From Perna viridis (lineage: Eukaryota), in assembly GCA_037379345.1 (NCBI GenBank), contig CM074520.1:11449488-11513487 (forward strand): a stretch of 64,000 nucleotides of DNA, given 5' to 3'. Made by a program: the position numbers and the translations under genes. The notes beneath the pieces are model-generated. The model searched no databases and was not told the DNA's origin. It saw only the letters and a list, made by a program, of their open reading frames with translations. Below, piece after piece: positions 35,701 through 51,000 of this stretch (position 1 is the stretch's first letter; the number at the start of each line of letters is the position of its first letter).

Positions 35701-38700
35701 CTTGAGTCTATACAGCATATAATCATTTTTTTACTATCAGATTCATAAAACTTAATAAATAGGAAATGCCAGTGTCAAATGTGTAATGTATAATATGTCA
35801 GCTGCATATTAAATTGGAATAGATAGATTTTTCTTTGGTACAGTTATTGAATTTATTCTTCATTTAAAGAAAGTTGGACATTTGAGTCTTTATTGATGAA
35901 TTGTTGACACAATATTGATTTAAATACATCAAGTATGAGTACAGATGAGCTACATCAAAGTATAAGACACAAGAACTGCTCTACAAGTAAGGTTTCAAGT
36001 TAAATATGAAGCCAAATTCAGTTTATAATCACATCCAAATGTGGTAAACTTAAGTGTATGTGGTTAACAGTCATAAAACTGACCACATAATTAGAACATA
36101 TCCAAACTTTTATTACAGAGTAACATAAATCTCGCTTTCTTGTTTAAAAACTAAATAATAAATCTAGATTGATTTACCAATAAATATTCCATTGGTTTGA
36201 CTTTACTTTGGGAGATGTTGATATTCAGAGGGTCATTATTGAGTTTCTCAAAATTTATGGTACAGAAAGTGATTAAACAAAGGGATTGTGTAATGATTTC
36301 AATCAGAATTTGACACTAAAATCTCATTTGATAAAAGGCATCATTCTCTGCATTAAAAGAGTACATAGCTTTCATAAAGTTTACAACCTTATATGCATAT
36401 TATCAGGTTTTTATAGGTAAAATTTTAGGTTTTTTTTGCTAATAAAGAAAGAAATTTTTTTTTTTTCAGAGAGTTAGGTCAGAACCTATAAGTCAAGTTA
36501 TGAGGTATTTAACCTAAATATGTTGAGGTAATATACCTTAACATCAATATTCGATATCAGTATGTGATGTAATAATTAAAACCAGTTGTATAGAAGATAT
36601 ATGCACATTATTTCATATTTGATGACAAAGTTTCCGTCACAGCACCCAGCGAAGAACCAACTGTGATCACCAGTGCCATGTATCCGTAAGTATAAATAAT
36701 ATCAGTAGGAATGATCATCCATGAACTCCGTCCATATAGTACAGGTATAAAATAATTATACCTTTTAGATCACAATCATACCCTTTTTAATGAGATAAGA
36801 TTTCAAAAGAGATATTGAAATGAGACTCATCAGCCCAGGTGTCTTTGTATTGAAGTCACCGATAAAGGACTGTGGTTATAGGACCCATACACCATCCAAA
36901 ATAAACAAAGACAGAAAACGAAAAGTGACCGCTCAAGTTTAAATCTATTTTTCTACATAGTTTCATTACAGAAAATGAATTAAAATCTGTCAGTGTTTAA
37001 TGAAAAAGTCCTTTTTTAAACAAACTTTTAAATAAATAAAAGGAAAACGACACTTGAAGCTTATCATCAATAACGCCATCTTAAACTAGGAAAACCAGTT
37101 TGTTTGAATTATTTGTTTTCTGCACAGAATTGATTTTGCATGCATTATTGGTAGAAAGTTTTTATTATTGTTTAAAATCATGACATTGAACATAACTTTC
37201 ACTTGCTTGAACACCTAAATTAAAGGAAGATTTTTCTAGGAGAGAAAATCAGAAAGCAGAACACAATCTGATATAACTCTTAAAATAATATTATGAAAAT
37301 CTTTTACATACTTAATTCAGATCATTGCTATGTAAAATTAAATATAAAAATCAGGAAAGTTAAAACTAATCAAGGAAATCATACAGAATTATTTAGTCTG
37401 ATCTAAGAAGCAAAATAAATATTGAATATAAAAAAAAATAAAGAAATAAATATAAAATAGTACAGTAATTTACTTACTTAATTGAAATCCATGAAGAAGA
37501 CAATAGATCCATATACATGTTTTAAAATAAAACAGTATTCTGGTCACTAATGATCCCTTATCAACAGATATCTTCCTAAATGTGCAATCAAAACTTGTGA
37601 AAAATGATGTAACAAAAATGAAAAATCCAAGGTCCTTCTAGCTAAAACCTTTGATATCTAATGTACACATTAATCATCATGTTCCTTTTCTGGTTTATTT
37701 CTTGTTTCAATCCCCCACCTTTTGTGTCCCCTGTTTAATAGTAATGCGTAAGGCAATTCTTTGATAGTATCTAAATCTGATTGACACACTCTACTAGTCA
37801 ATTCCTGGTCCCTGAGTGTAACTATTTCATCAATGATTTTTTTTTGTTTTTTTTTAGCTTTACATTTAAAAGGAGGGAAATTAGTAATTTATTTTGGTTT
37901 TGTGTTTAATGGAGAATTTCAGACTAAATAAATAGATAACTTTTAACCTAGAGGTCCATCCCTAAGAACCTGAACTCAAAAGGTTCATGTGAAAGTAAAG
38001 TTGATGGTAAATTATCATAATTCTATTCTAACTGAATAACATGTGCAGATAGTTTATATTTTCATATAGAAATAAATGTTGTTTAATCTATAAATAAACG
38101 CTATTGTAAGATTTGTAATATATGTTTTTTTTTATATATATACATGTATATAAAATGTGACCAAATTTTTAAGTATCTGTTTGATTGCAATTAAAGCACA
38201 TAATAAAAAATTGTTCATTTTTTGCAAATAAATAAGATTCAAAATTTAATCATCAATTAAATATTACAAAAATAAAGCATTTCCAACAAAATATTAAGTT
38301 ATTAGTAAGTAAAGCAAATAGTATATTATACTTTCTCCCATTCAAAGCCTGTGATTAAAAATGCATGTGACATTTGAAATTTCTACAAAAGTTTTCCTGC
38401 CATTTTACATATTCTGAGTTTTCTACTGATTTCATGGGAGAAAGAGATTCTCCTCCAATGCTCTCATGTACTACAAGATTTCTCCATGCTAGATAACTGA
38501 AGCTCATGGGTTGAAATGTAAAATTTAATTAACAATACATTCTTCTAAATCTACTAAACATGACTAACATTCAAAATGAATTTTGAAAACAAAAGGGAAT
38601 AAATCAGTCAAATATTTTCATTTTCTTCCATTTTCTCATTGCTGAAAAGTCTGATATTTATTGTGATTTCGTATTGTTAGTCAGAATAACAAAAGATTAT

Positions 38701-41700
38701 TGCATTGCTCTTGATAACCATCACTCAATCCATAGTGTACCTGATCTGATTGTATACCTTTGTTTTTCACCTGTTAATGGAATGCATGACCCTTATATTA
38801 AAGGTAAAATTTTTGTGACTCTTCTTTAAGTTTCTTTATTATGTATATCTTCTACTATCAGAGTGTCCTATCAATACAATTTAAAGAGCTTGAAGTGTCA
38901 CTAAAGAGTTGTTTCATCTACAAAGAATTCTTATTTAATGTCAGAAAAATGTTCAACAGCTTCACTCTGTCAACTCAGCTTTTATGACATGCATTTGTCA
39001 AGTAATATTTATATGGTATCTATAACCCATACCTTTTTATCATAAACTGGAGGCAAATGAGTTAGGCAACAGTTCTCTCATAGGCCACAATAACATCAAT
39101 ATGGTGAAATGTTCATAAAAATCTCCTTTGCTTTGCTCATCTTTTGTCATGACATGACTTACAATTCACACTTTCACAAAAAATATCTGTAAAATTACTT
39201 CTCAACTCCTCCCCCTAACAGAACTCTTTTATCAAGGAGACACAAAAGACATACCTGAATTTTTGTACAGACAGTTAAAGTTTTCAATTAATTCAGGAAT
39301 AATTCTTATCTTATATAAATTAAAGATAAACATTTTTTTTCTCTCTATGTATGCAGGTGTCAGAATAAAATTATAGGGAATTGACAAACTTTACAACTGC
39401 AAAAAAATATGTCAGTTTCTCAAATTTATACAAGGAATAATTATTTCTGAATTAAAACCTCCCAAACCATGAATTACAAAAGCTGGCATAGTAAGAGTAC
39501 ACAGACATTGTTAGAGCTATTTGCTGGCATCATTGTATAGACTGATATAACTACTGGCCGTAATTAATTCAAAATCATTTTTGTCTTGTGAGGAAGTTTT
39601 TTTAAAAAAAATCTTGAAATGAAATTTCATACATTGCAGCCTAAAGCCAAATCCTATAAATTTTCACAGCAGCCTTTATCCATCCCAAACATTTTAGAGA
39701 TCCACCATCATAATCATTCTAAAGAAATTTGATTTGATCATTAAATCCATCATTTTGTCATCACAGACAGAATCTTCGGATAAAAATTCTGGATTAATTC
39801 AATTTTCTCATCCAGAACAAACATCTGGATAATATTATAATATCAGGATAACAGCCAATTGTCAGACGGATCTGCCACAGAAACCTTTACTGACTGTGGG
39901 TAATCAGGGTTACATTTAATATAGAATTGTTATATTTATCCACAGGCTGTCGGACACTGGTCAAAAGATCAATTAAAGATCAATTCAAATAACTTCCTAC
40001 AAGTTCACTATCGACTGACCGGAGCTTATTAGATTTGGTTGAGTGTTGAACAACCAGGAGCAAGGGCAAAGTTAATAAATGAATCACATGGCAGAGTGAG
40101 TTAGAATATAGTATTAAAATCAATGAGCAAATGGCAGAGCTGGGCTCCTAAGTCAGAGAAATGATTTATTTTGGTCTTGAAAGATTTATATAAATAAACA
40201 GTAGCTCAGAAGCTCATTTAACCAGTCCCACTTTTTTTGCGCTATAATATCCAACAACTTGGAAACAAAAAGTATTTATGAGTTATGGACAATTGGACAG
40301 ACTAACAAATGGACTGACTGCAATTTACCATATTATGTCCATCAAAATATATGCGAATTAAAATCATTGAAAAGGAGTTACATTTCCATTATCTTTTCAT
40401 TAATTTGTAAAAAATATGATTACATACCCAATATTGTAGTATTTATTTTAAAAGAGAAATACTATCGTAAAGCCCTTGCAATGGAAGATAAGTATAAATG
40501 TAAATGAAAATTAAAAAACCAAATATCTCTATCTCCTGTACAAAAAAAAAAAACCCAAAAAAACAAAAAGAAAAAAACTTGACAACTATTAGTATGATGG
40601 TATAGGAGTTGGTTCCATTTGATCATTCTCACAAATAAGATAAATATAGGAACAGAAAGTTATACCCCAGGTCAAGTTAAAGCCGAAACCTCTAAGCGTA
40701 CTAATGTCATTCAATTTAGCGTCTTTTTATTTAAATTAAAGCAACAGAGTCCTTTGATGCTTATTCTAATTGTAGCCATTTGACCCTTGACAAGACAAAA
40801 CTATCATTTCTATTCTAACATAAGCCTATAACTAATGCATCAATTTGACAAAAAGTGCATTAGTGATAAAAATTTACAGCCCTCATTATTCATTAGAAGA
40901 TCAGGCTAAAACCGTATACTTAGCCTAATTTAATGAAACTCACAATAATGCATTTTGGTGTAAAGATCCAAAGCTTTTTCACATGCATCAGGTTTATAAC
41001 ACACTCTGATAATGCCAGAGATTCCGACCTGCAGTCTCCATTGTAGCTAAGCAGAGAGACCCAAGACCAACAAAAGAAATTTGCATTCCAAGTTACTCAT
41101 AAAATATTTTATGTCTATTTTATTTCTACCAATTACAATGACCAGAAATCAGAATTTCTCTTATTAGAGCAAGTTTTATCACCTGACAAGCAATATGGTG
41201 TGTTTTTAATTCATACATTTATGAGCAATAAAATCTAATATCAACTTCACCAAACCTCTCTCTTCCTCTAGTCTATTAAAACAATATCTGTTAGCATAAC
41301 AATACTAATACCAGCACATCTGAACCAATAAAACCTCATGAAAATCTCAAAATATACCATTAAACTGTCTCTGTGTATCAGGGACAAATTAACCAGTTGG
41401 TGTGCACGATAACCCAAAACAAAATCATAAAGATAATACCACAATGCATGTCTCCTTAAGTCTAGGGAAGAATGGCCAAAATAAAATGGTTCTGGACATT
41501 TAACACCATTGACTCATCCCGAAATATATCAAATTACAGATTAAGCACATGCCAAACTGGTCACTTCATTTCCTCTGGACTTTAATACATTTTTGTATCT
41601 CTTCAAAGCTGATATGTTTGGAATATCTTTACTAATTGAAAGCGATAATGAGTTTCTCTTAAGGATAAGATATATTTTTATGAAGATGATTCGTGTAAAT

Positions 41701-41889
41701 AATTTCTGGATTAGTGGTATTTTCATGGTGAAAATTCCGGTATTATCATCATGTTTCCTTATAATGACTACTACATTTGTCTGCTGTAACAAGAAAGTTT
41801 ACAATATCACCTATACACCAGAAGGCAATGAAATTGAAGTTGCTTTAACTATATCATATATAATATTGTTCTCGTTTCAAATAACCCGA

Positions 41890-42090
41890 CATGGATTCAG
41901 GGGGAAGGGGAGGGCAAAGTTGTGTATACAGTATCACACTCAACACCCCTAAAACTAGGATTTTATTTCATGATATCTTTATGCTTTCACAAATTCTACC
42001 CCCAAAAATGTTCTTGCTTTACTTCACTGAACCCATAATTAACTATATAACTTACTCCCCTCCTAAGCTGAAAGCCCAGATCTGCCCCTG
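41890..42090. mobile_element. Decayed MITE remnant (CAGGGGCGGATC-type end)
   Basis: Right end GATCTGCCCCTG; G-rich left portion GGATTCAGGGGGAAGGGG. Confidence 0.4.
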
Positions 42091-45000
42091 GTAACATACA
42101 TCATTATTAGTACTGACCTTGCCTGACTATACAAGCTTCGTTGCGATTTCTCTAGTAATAGGTCCTTACTTCATCAAAAACAAGCGAAAGTTGTCCAGAC
42201 CTGTAATATTACACAGTCGGTTAGCTAACAATACATTATAAAAGAACATTTCATGCCTTAAAAAATTCACTTAAATCTGCATTGTCTTCTAATGGTTAAA
42301 GACAACAAAGCACTTTCAATGATTCCCAAACCATTAAGGTTTGAGGTATGCCTTGTTGACTGCTTAAATATAAAAGCACACTTCTTATCCATTGATAGAA
42401 ATCAACAGAAGAAACTCCATACTCCATTGTGGTTTTCTGGAGATATTTTTAGTCCTGATCAAATCTTGTAATTTTGGTTCTACAGGTGCTGAAAAATTAA
42501 CTGTATTAATTTCTATGTCAACTCCTGTAAATGTATGAATTTTGACAGAGTACTAATGTTTGCTATTTTTGCCATAGTGAAATAAGCATGAAAAATAAAA
42601 AGAGAGAAATTGATTGTTTACAATTTGGAAAGCTGATTTCTTAAGAAATTAATATGTATCTTGAATTTTGAAACTTGCTCTGTGACTTTCAGTATACCTA
42701 AACCTATCAGCATCAATTTAATTCCCAGGTTGACTTCCTTCTTATATTTTCATTAAACAGTCCAGTTCAATGGTGTCCTTACATCCAACTCACAATGTTC
42801 GTTACAATTTGATGTAACCTTATGTAAATTATTATTTGTAAAAAGAATGATATTAATCCATATAAAACCTCAATATGAATAGAATCAGCCTTATGAGTTA
42901 GAGTTTATTATACAAATCATCCTTTAGATTTTTAACCCAGTTCAAATCAATAGAAGATATTGATGGAATTTATTTCAATTTTATAAGACTCATAAAAGAT
43001 TTATTTTTAATATGCTGAAGTATGGGTTTATTAAAATTTCAAAAATTAATTTGGATAGCTACAAAGAGAAAAAGAATTTTTTACATAATTTACAGGTTTC
43101 CCATAGGTTAAGTTTGTACATTAAAAGTATTTATAAACAAGTAATAGTTGATGATATTAATTGATTTCATAAATAAATCATTTAACTTTCCATATTAACA
43201 CATTATTCCATGTTGCAGATATCTTTTTAATGCATTTAGAAACCTACTTAACATTTATTTTATAAGTATTTGTCATATCATCTACCTTACTGATCCAACC
43301 TGCTGGTGGGGTGGGGGTTGGGGGGGGGGGGGGCTTATTGAAAATTTCAGTTAAGACCATGCAGCCTGCTTGGATTTTTTTTGTCCTGTTCTGCCCAATG
43401 ATCCCCTAGTTGGTAAAGTTCAGCAGATGACCATGCAGTACACTACCAAGTTTCATGACTATAGAACTAATAATGGTACTAATTTCTAATGTCAGAATCA
43501 AGCAAAAATAGCAAAATAGTGTTACACAAAGAAACCAGTAAATCCTTTTCATTTCTTGTGGAATTAATGTAGAATAAAAGTGTTCAAAAGATAATTTTTC
43601 TGTAATTTATATTTTTTTGTGTGAAATCCATTAATACTCTTATTAAAGTCTGCCTTTTTCATACAATCATGAAACAAAGAAACATTTATTTCCTTACTAA
43701 ATCAATTGTCCTCAAAGGATTCCTCCTCTGCCCAGAACCAATTTGACAGCCCCATGACAAATATCCCCTAAAGGATTATCACCTGCATTAACTAGATTAG
43801 ATAATTAACTAAGTATTTGACAATGGTCTGACAATAATCCTAATTAATCCAGTTTATTGGGTGTTTTATTACTATGAAAAATGAAGAAACTATATTGCCT
43901 AGCACAGCATGGTAAAATAATTTTGGAATGCAATTTAATAAAATCAAGGTATTGTCCCTAATGTAGGGTAAATATTTAAAAAAAAATAATAAAAAATCAA
44001 ATATAGGGTGTAGGACAGGGACTACTCAAATGAATCCATGTCTATTTCCAGAGCTGTGATATTTCTTATAAACGAAATGTGATCATGCAGAGTGAAATGA
44101 GACAGGAAGAGACTGCTATATAATACAGTACAGGAGAAAACAATGTATGCAGATATTTAATACTTAATGTGCAAGACATCTATTTTTACAATTTCATTTC
44201 ATTTGACAGAGACCATAATTAAGAGATATGGATCTGCAAACTAACACCTCAGTGTAACCCATTATAAAACCTTGTTCAAGTGGGAAACAATGCATGCAAT
44301 TTTCCTCCATTACATAATAACAGGGTTTTAATATGCAATATCTGTCCATGTTATCTTATGACAAATATATTCAAATAAATATTACATAATTAACTAATTA
44401 ATTCATATCTGTATAAAATATACACCTGCTTTTCTCTTTGTTTCAGAAACACCCTCCATGTAAAATAAACACAATTATCAAATTGGTTTTCATTATTACC
44501 ACCAAGCCAAAGATGTCATCTCCAAAAATTATGAATAATTCAAGATTCTAGTTTTAACAGGAGATGAAGCGATGTTATATAATGAATTTATGAATTCATA
44601 AGTGTGACAGCCATTAAACTGACGATATCTTTTGAACCGGTCCATCTTAGCGTAACTATCAAACTGTTTTGCTTAAACAACTTCATTTATGGAAATATAA
44701 TGGACTTTAAAGCTTTTGTTTTTACTTTCTTTATTGGTGATGAGTCATAGATATTTTGGTTTTTTTTAACCCTGGCGTGCTTTTAGGGAAATGTACTTAT
44801 TCTTTCATTTATACATTTCTTTGCAAATTTTTAAAAAGTAATATAAGTCAACAGTTATATGAAAGAGACAACAATAAATCTTTAACTGCTATGTTCCATG
44901 ATTTAGGTTTGAATTTTATACCTTAAGTATTCTTCCATCTTAAACAATTTGTTAAAATGAAGACTATTTTTGCACAAATTTTATCATCAGCATAAAAAAC

Positions 45001-48000
45001 AAAACAAATTGCAGCACTTTTTTCTGAGTTTTAATCATCATGATATAAATAAGCAAGAAAGACTAAATGTAAAATCAAATCAACTTAGAAAAATAAAATG
45101 TGGAACACATAGATACTTTATCTTTCATCAATAACAGGTGGCCAATACCTTACAGAGCCATCTGCTGATTCCAGAAAACAGACAAAAATGTCAAATCACA
45201 ATCAAAGAAGGTTCAACAACAGCTCAACAAGTTTTACATACAGTACAAACTCACCTGCTTGAAACTTATCTCCACTGATTCTCCATTTAATCAGACAATC
45301 CCCACAAAAACCCTCATTTTACCAGTACAAACATGTAAAACTTAAGAAATACTAACTTCTGTCTCAGAGTACAGATAAACAAATCACCCAGAACCAAGTT
45401 CAGATGAAATATCATCCGAAATCAATGTCCTTTAATCTAATCAATCTACAAGTATTGGAAATCTACCGAATTATTACTATTTTTACACAGAACCCATGTG
45501 CCAGCATTTGAATGCTCTTATAAGGATCATTGAAGGTTCACTATATCAAATACCATGATTGTAATCTGATTTGAGTATCTAACTCAAGTTTAAATAATCT
45601 GTCTGTGCTATCTGATGCTCCTCAGTAGAAGAATATTTAAATCTGAGCCATGATCACACTAACTGTAACCCATAACATGTCAGATAATACCTACACCAGT
45701 ATCACAGAAGAAAACTGGTAATCAAACTACCCTATACAGCCAACTGAATTTACTTAACAATGAAAAAAAATATATATAGAAAAAAATAATACTGTTTCTG
45801 TGATTCAGATTGTCATCATGAATCTAACTATATCCCCTAACAAAGCCAAAGCAAAAAACAGTAATATATTTACAAAGAGATAGCCAATGCAGTTTTTGGC
45901 TCTTATTGCCAGTTTATCATTAAAATATAAAAAAAAAAATATAAGATTTAATTTGGTGAACAATACTTTTTGCATTTAGATAAATTATTCAATTGATTTA
46001 ATGAATAAACCAATACATGAAAGTGAAAAACTGTTTTGCTTGAAAATATTCTGGACACAAATGCAACCACTAGAGCCTTGAATTTTACAGTTGTCATCAC
46101 TTTTGCCCAACACATGTAATGAGAGGTTGTAAGCTCCATTATAGCATCATTGATGTCACATGATTCACAGCATTGTTCACAATACCGACTGCATCGGAAT
46201 AAAATGTTTCAGGGATTCAAACTGTCACTAAAAACACACGAACAGATCCCCAAAACATCATGTATCCCGCTGAATATAACTATGGTAAGTTTACATCCCT
46301 TATATTGTGCTACTTATTGCAACATAAGTGAACTAATAATTAGCTTGAACTTAGAAAATTTATAAAACAAGAACCATTAGTATACTACTAATCTGCTAAA
46401 ACCAAGACTCCAATTTTAATTCAATCTTGTCCTTTAAAATTTTTAACCTAATTTGTTCCTGGACATACAGTCACAGATACAGACATGCAGGATTTAAACA
46501 GTATTGTCCCAAATCAATAGTTACCCTGCTATTAACACAGCCCATATTTTTTTTTGTGCCAAGTCACATATTGTAACCTAGGAAATTTTAGCTTAGACCT
46601 TCCTGTAGTGGGAATTAAATGACTGAGGTATAAGATTAAGAAATATGACACCTAATATGCAGCATGTTCAAATATTGATTTCAAATATTGACACACAATA
46701 TGAACAAATATTAAAATAGGATCAACATTTTATGATGGGCTGTCAATACATCGTAACAAGAATATAATCTTTGTCATGCAGCTTTCAAAAGAGCTACATG
46801 AACACATTTAATCACAACCTTTATCTTTAAAAATTAAACAGTAATGTATATTATTACAAAACTACCTTGGCTACTCTGGTTTTGTTCAGAACTATTTTAA
46901 TGGCACTCCAGTGCAACTCTGATTGAAGAAACATAAAAAACTTGAGGTCACATTTCAAAATAATGCTCATTTTCATTATCCAATCCTAGCTCCTGGCTTT
47001 GGGTAGGTAGGTAGGGAAATTATTTCTTTTTACCAAAATTTATATGATTCTCAAAGAATGAAAAATGCTGCTTTGAACATTTTTTTTTTTAAAATCTTGT
47101 CAGAGAATGACAATAAGATTATTTGAGCAGGGCCAATTTTTATGGGGTAAGTAGGTTATGGGAAACAAACATAATTTTAATTTTGGCCTGACTTGGTCCT
47201 GTTCTTAGGGTAAATAAGTATTATCAAATAATAAAGTGTTTAAGTATGATATGTCCATTCGAAGAAAAAAAAAACGCCAAATCTGTTACATATTTAGAGC
47301 ATAGTTACAGATAGAGAAAAGGCACACTAAGAGGAATTCTATATTTTGTTATAAAATCTTTGCAGTGTAGCTTAGCATTTGTTCTAATGTAACAGTTGTG
47401 ATCAAATTTATAACATGTTCTTATAACTGTATCAGATTTCTTTGGTATAGATTATGAAATTGTTCCCATCTGGTCATTACTCATGCTTATTAGTTCTTAT
47501 TGAATAAAATCAATCAGTAACAAAATTAGCTGATTGACTGAAGTGAAAGTAGAGATCATTACAAAGTGAAAATGGATAAAGATAAAGGATAACAATGGAT
47601 GTACAGCATCAAAATAATAACATCAAAGAAGGTAAAGATTACAGCCATAGACAAATAAGATCTGACCATCAAATAACATACAGACAGCTTGACTTGGATA
47701 AAGAGCCTGCAGTAAAAGATAAGGCAATGTGAAGAATCAATTTCCAGTAACAAGCTTTCCCAGAATTGTCTGTCATAAGTTCAATCATATAACCATGTTA
47801 CCAAGCTTGTACACTGATAAAAATCTCACCAAAATATCTGTTTTTGAGATGGCTGACCGGGCATTTGAACTTAAGATCTTGAAATACAGCAGCTGAAACC
47901 AATGATCAAGTTTCACAAAAATTATGAGTTTCATGACAAATGATACTGGAAGAAATACATCAGGCTAGTACAAAATGTATATTTAAAAAAAAGTATTAAA

Positions 48001-51000
48001 ATCTAAAACAAGGCATAGTTTGGATCAAACAAATGGTCTAAACTGATATGCTACCTATGGCTCCATTAGTATTTCTTACCAAAGATACAAAGAATTCTGA
48101 ACTTTCTACTTGCTGAAAATATATAGAATCTTTGACTGTATATTACCACCAGACAGACCTTCAAAACTATAATATAGGTTAGTATTCAAGACATGCTTTT
48201 GATCACCTTTCACAAAGATTCCATTTATACTTCATGGAATATGATTATGAAATTAAGTTATCAGCAGGGAAAGTGTAGATTTGTCTATATTTAACAGGCA
48301 TCAGGCAGTGTTATGTCAATCAGTTGATAACCAATATCAGCCTAACAGAATTCCATGTAAGAAACTTTATCTAAATCTGACACAATACTCAAATTTCAGT
48401 AAAAAAATCCTAAAAACACTTTCCTGAGAAAGTATTTTAAGCCCAGTACCAGACAAAGTAATATCACTTAAGTTCTGGCCAATTACCCTCAAATTAGTCA
48501 AAAGCATACCCTGCCTTTAGTGCTGTATCAGATTGTAAGATAACATGGTTTCTTGTGAGATAAATTTCACTGATAGATCATGTAGTAGATAATCTCATTA
48601 AGATAATCTGGGAACATGTGGAGAGATACATGTATTGGTGGATGTTACAGTGGAGTGGAATCTAGTTACAATCATTCCTAGATGTGTAAGAATTGTTCTA
48701 GACATTAGCAACTACATGTATGTGTGGGCAATGGAATTTCTCCTCATCTGGTCACACAAGGACTTTCTTTTATGTAGATAAAGGAAGCATGTTAACTTTC
48801 TTTTCGATTTCCTTAATATCATTTGTCTACCTTTCTTCAGATACTAGTATTTGTTTCTGTTTTTTTTTGTTTTTATAATCTTACTACTTTAACATTTTTA
48901 ATGACAAAATCTCTTATTTTTTTTCTTCCAAACAAAAAGTGAAATGAATTAGCCTTTCCAGCAAATTATATCTGCAATGTATCTGCAGATCTTAAAATGA
49001 AGCTTTCTAATTTGAGGATACTAGACTCTCATGAAAAAGATACATGTAACACAATATTTCAGCTCAACACTGATCAGAATATAATTTACTAAAGTGTGCA
49101 ACTTACAGTATTACAAAAAGTGTTAAGTGTCAGTCCCTAGAATTAGTAAGTAGGTGAAACATGATTTGAAAAAAAAAAAAAAAACATCATTTTGATGTGT
49201 AATTACACTGTTTGCACCACCAGAATCAAGAAAAACAGACCAGATTTTCCATATTATGCTGGACCATTGCATTACAATTTCATTGAAATGCACTGAAAAT
49301 GAACATTTCAAGGTAGATAACTCTGTCAAAACATCATTTTTCAAAGGTTCTATTGAAAAATTTCTGAGCAAAGCCAACAATGCAGAGATAAAATAATGGT
49401 AATTTCAAACAGAGAAAGCATCCTTGCGTTATATTTTATTTTCAGATCAGTGGGTTTTTAATATGCATGTTTCTGATTTTTTTCATTTTGCCTGATACTT
49501 ACAAAAACTTACACTTAAGTGTCATTTATAAGAAACCTCTGTTTAATCTTTATGAAAGGAAAAACATTTTAGACACATGAACTCCCCATTTATCATGATG
49601 TGATCTAAGTTTACCAAGTACCTAAATTAGAAAAACAAATAATTTGCTGTCACTTAAAATTTTCAGCTTCCAAATCTCAGTTCTGGTCACATTTAGAGTA
49701 CTGTTGGTAAACACATGGTCTACTTAGCACCTAGGTGTAACCTAGATAATGAACTCGCTTTAACCTTAAAAGGGGAGATTACTCATTGTTTGATACCTTT
49801 TATTGCTGTCATTGTCTTTAAGGTTTTAAAATGGGGCCTATAAAGGGTAAAAAAAGAACTTAAGCATCAGATTTTATCAGAGAAAATGATTGAGTAATTA
49901 AAGATTCTTTCTAAGGTAAATATTTTAAGGAAAGCACTGGATTGACCTATTAAATACCAATAATTAAATGAAAACATTTCCTAAATTAACCAACCCAAAA
50001 TGTCCCTAATTTCAAGGAGAGTTAAAGACACTCATTTGAGTCTAATAAACTACAAAATTGATAGATCATTTTCATACTTTAATGTTGAAAGAAAGGCTCA
50101 TACATTTAACTAGATTTATAGATGCTATACCTTGGTTTAAATACCTGAAATAAATCTCTATCAAAAGACCACTTATAACCTTTGAAAAATTAATTAAAAT
50201 AAATTGAAAAATGATTGAAATTTCTCTATTTTGTTGTATCATATAAGGTATAGATGGCAGCTTTCACTGAAAATTACATCATTTTTCCACATACACAAAA
50301 GAGGTTGTATTCATCATACCAGCTCAAGTTTCTAATCAATTGGTGGATGTTAACACTGGTGATGGGATAACTATGATATGATGTATCATCTGAACATGAT
50401 CGGGACAAGAAAGATATAATGACAACGTAATGGTCAATTATCTTAACTTAAAATTCAATTTCGTAATTTAATATTTCGTATGAAGATGGGATTTTCTGAC
50501 AAAAAAGTAAAGAAACTTATCATCTTAAGCTAACCTTGTACTGAAATGTTCGATATAAAAGCTGGATCATATAACTATTTGTTAAAATATTAATGATTTT
50601 AACTATTTTTGAATACATATACAGTGTCATGGTTTTCCTGTTAAAAGTTGGTAGATAAACACAATGGATATTATCTTGTACGTTTTCTATACATCCAAAT
50701 AGTTGCATTATTATTTGTTATATATATATTTTCTTGCTGAATTTTATAATTGATAAAATTATCTCCTTGGTGTGAAACAGAAAGAAAGAAGTGCAGAACA
50801 AGTAAAATAGAATATTAAGTAAATTTAGATAATATTCAGAAAATCTAGATAAAGCCTCATTGGAATTGACCTACGGTATGTATTTTTTCCCTTAAATTCA
50901 ATTTAAAAATTGGATTTATTTTGTCAGTATTTCAAGTTTAACTATCTAACTAAAAAATATCAATGGCAATTAACCATTAGGATATAATCATTCATTCTGT

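Noticed and set aside
43308-43333. G-quadruplex-capable G tract (also the C tract at 2021-2045)
   Set aside because: PolyG tracts are typical low-complexity or MITE debris, and nothing here supports function.
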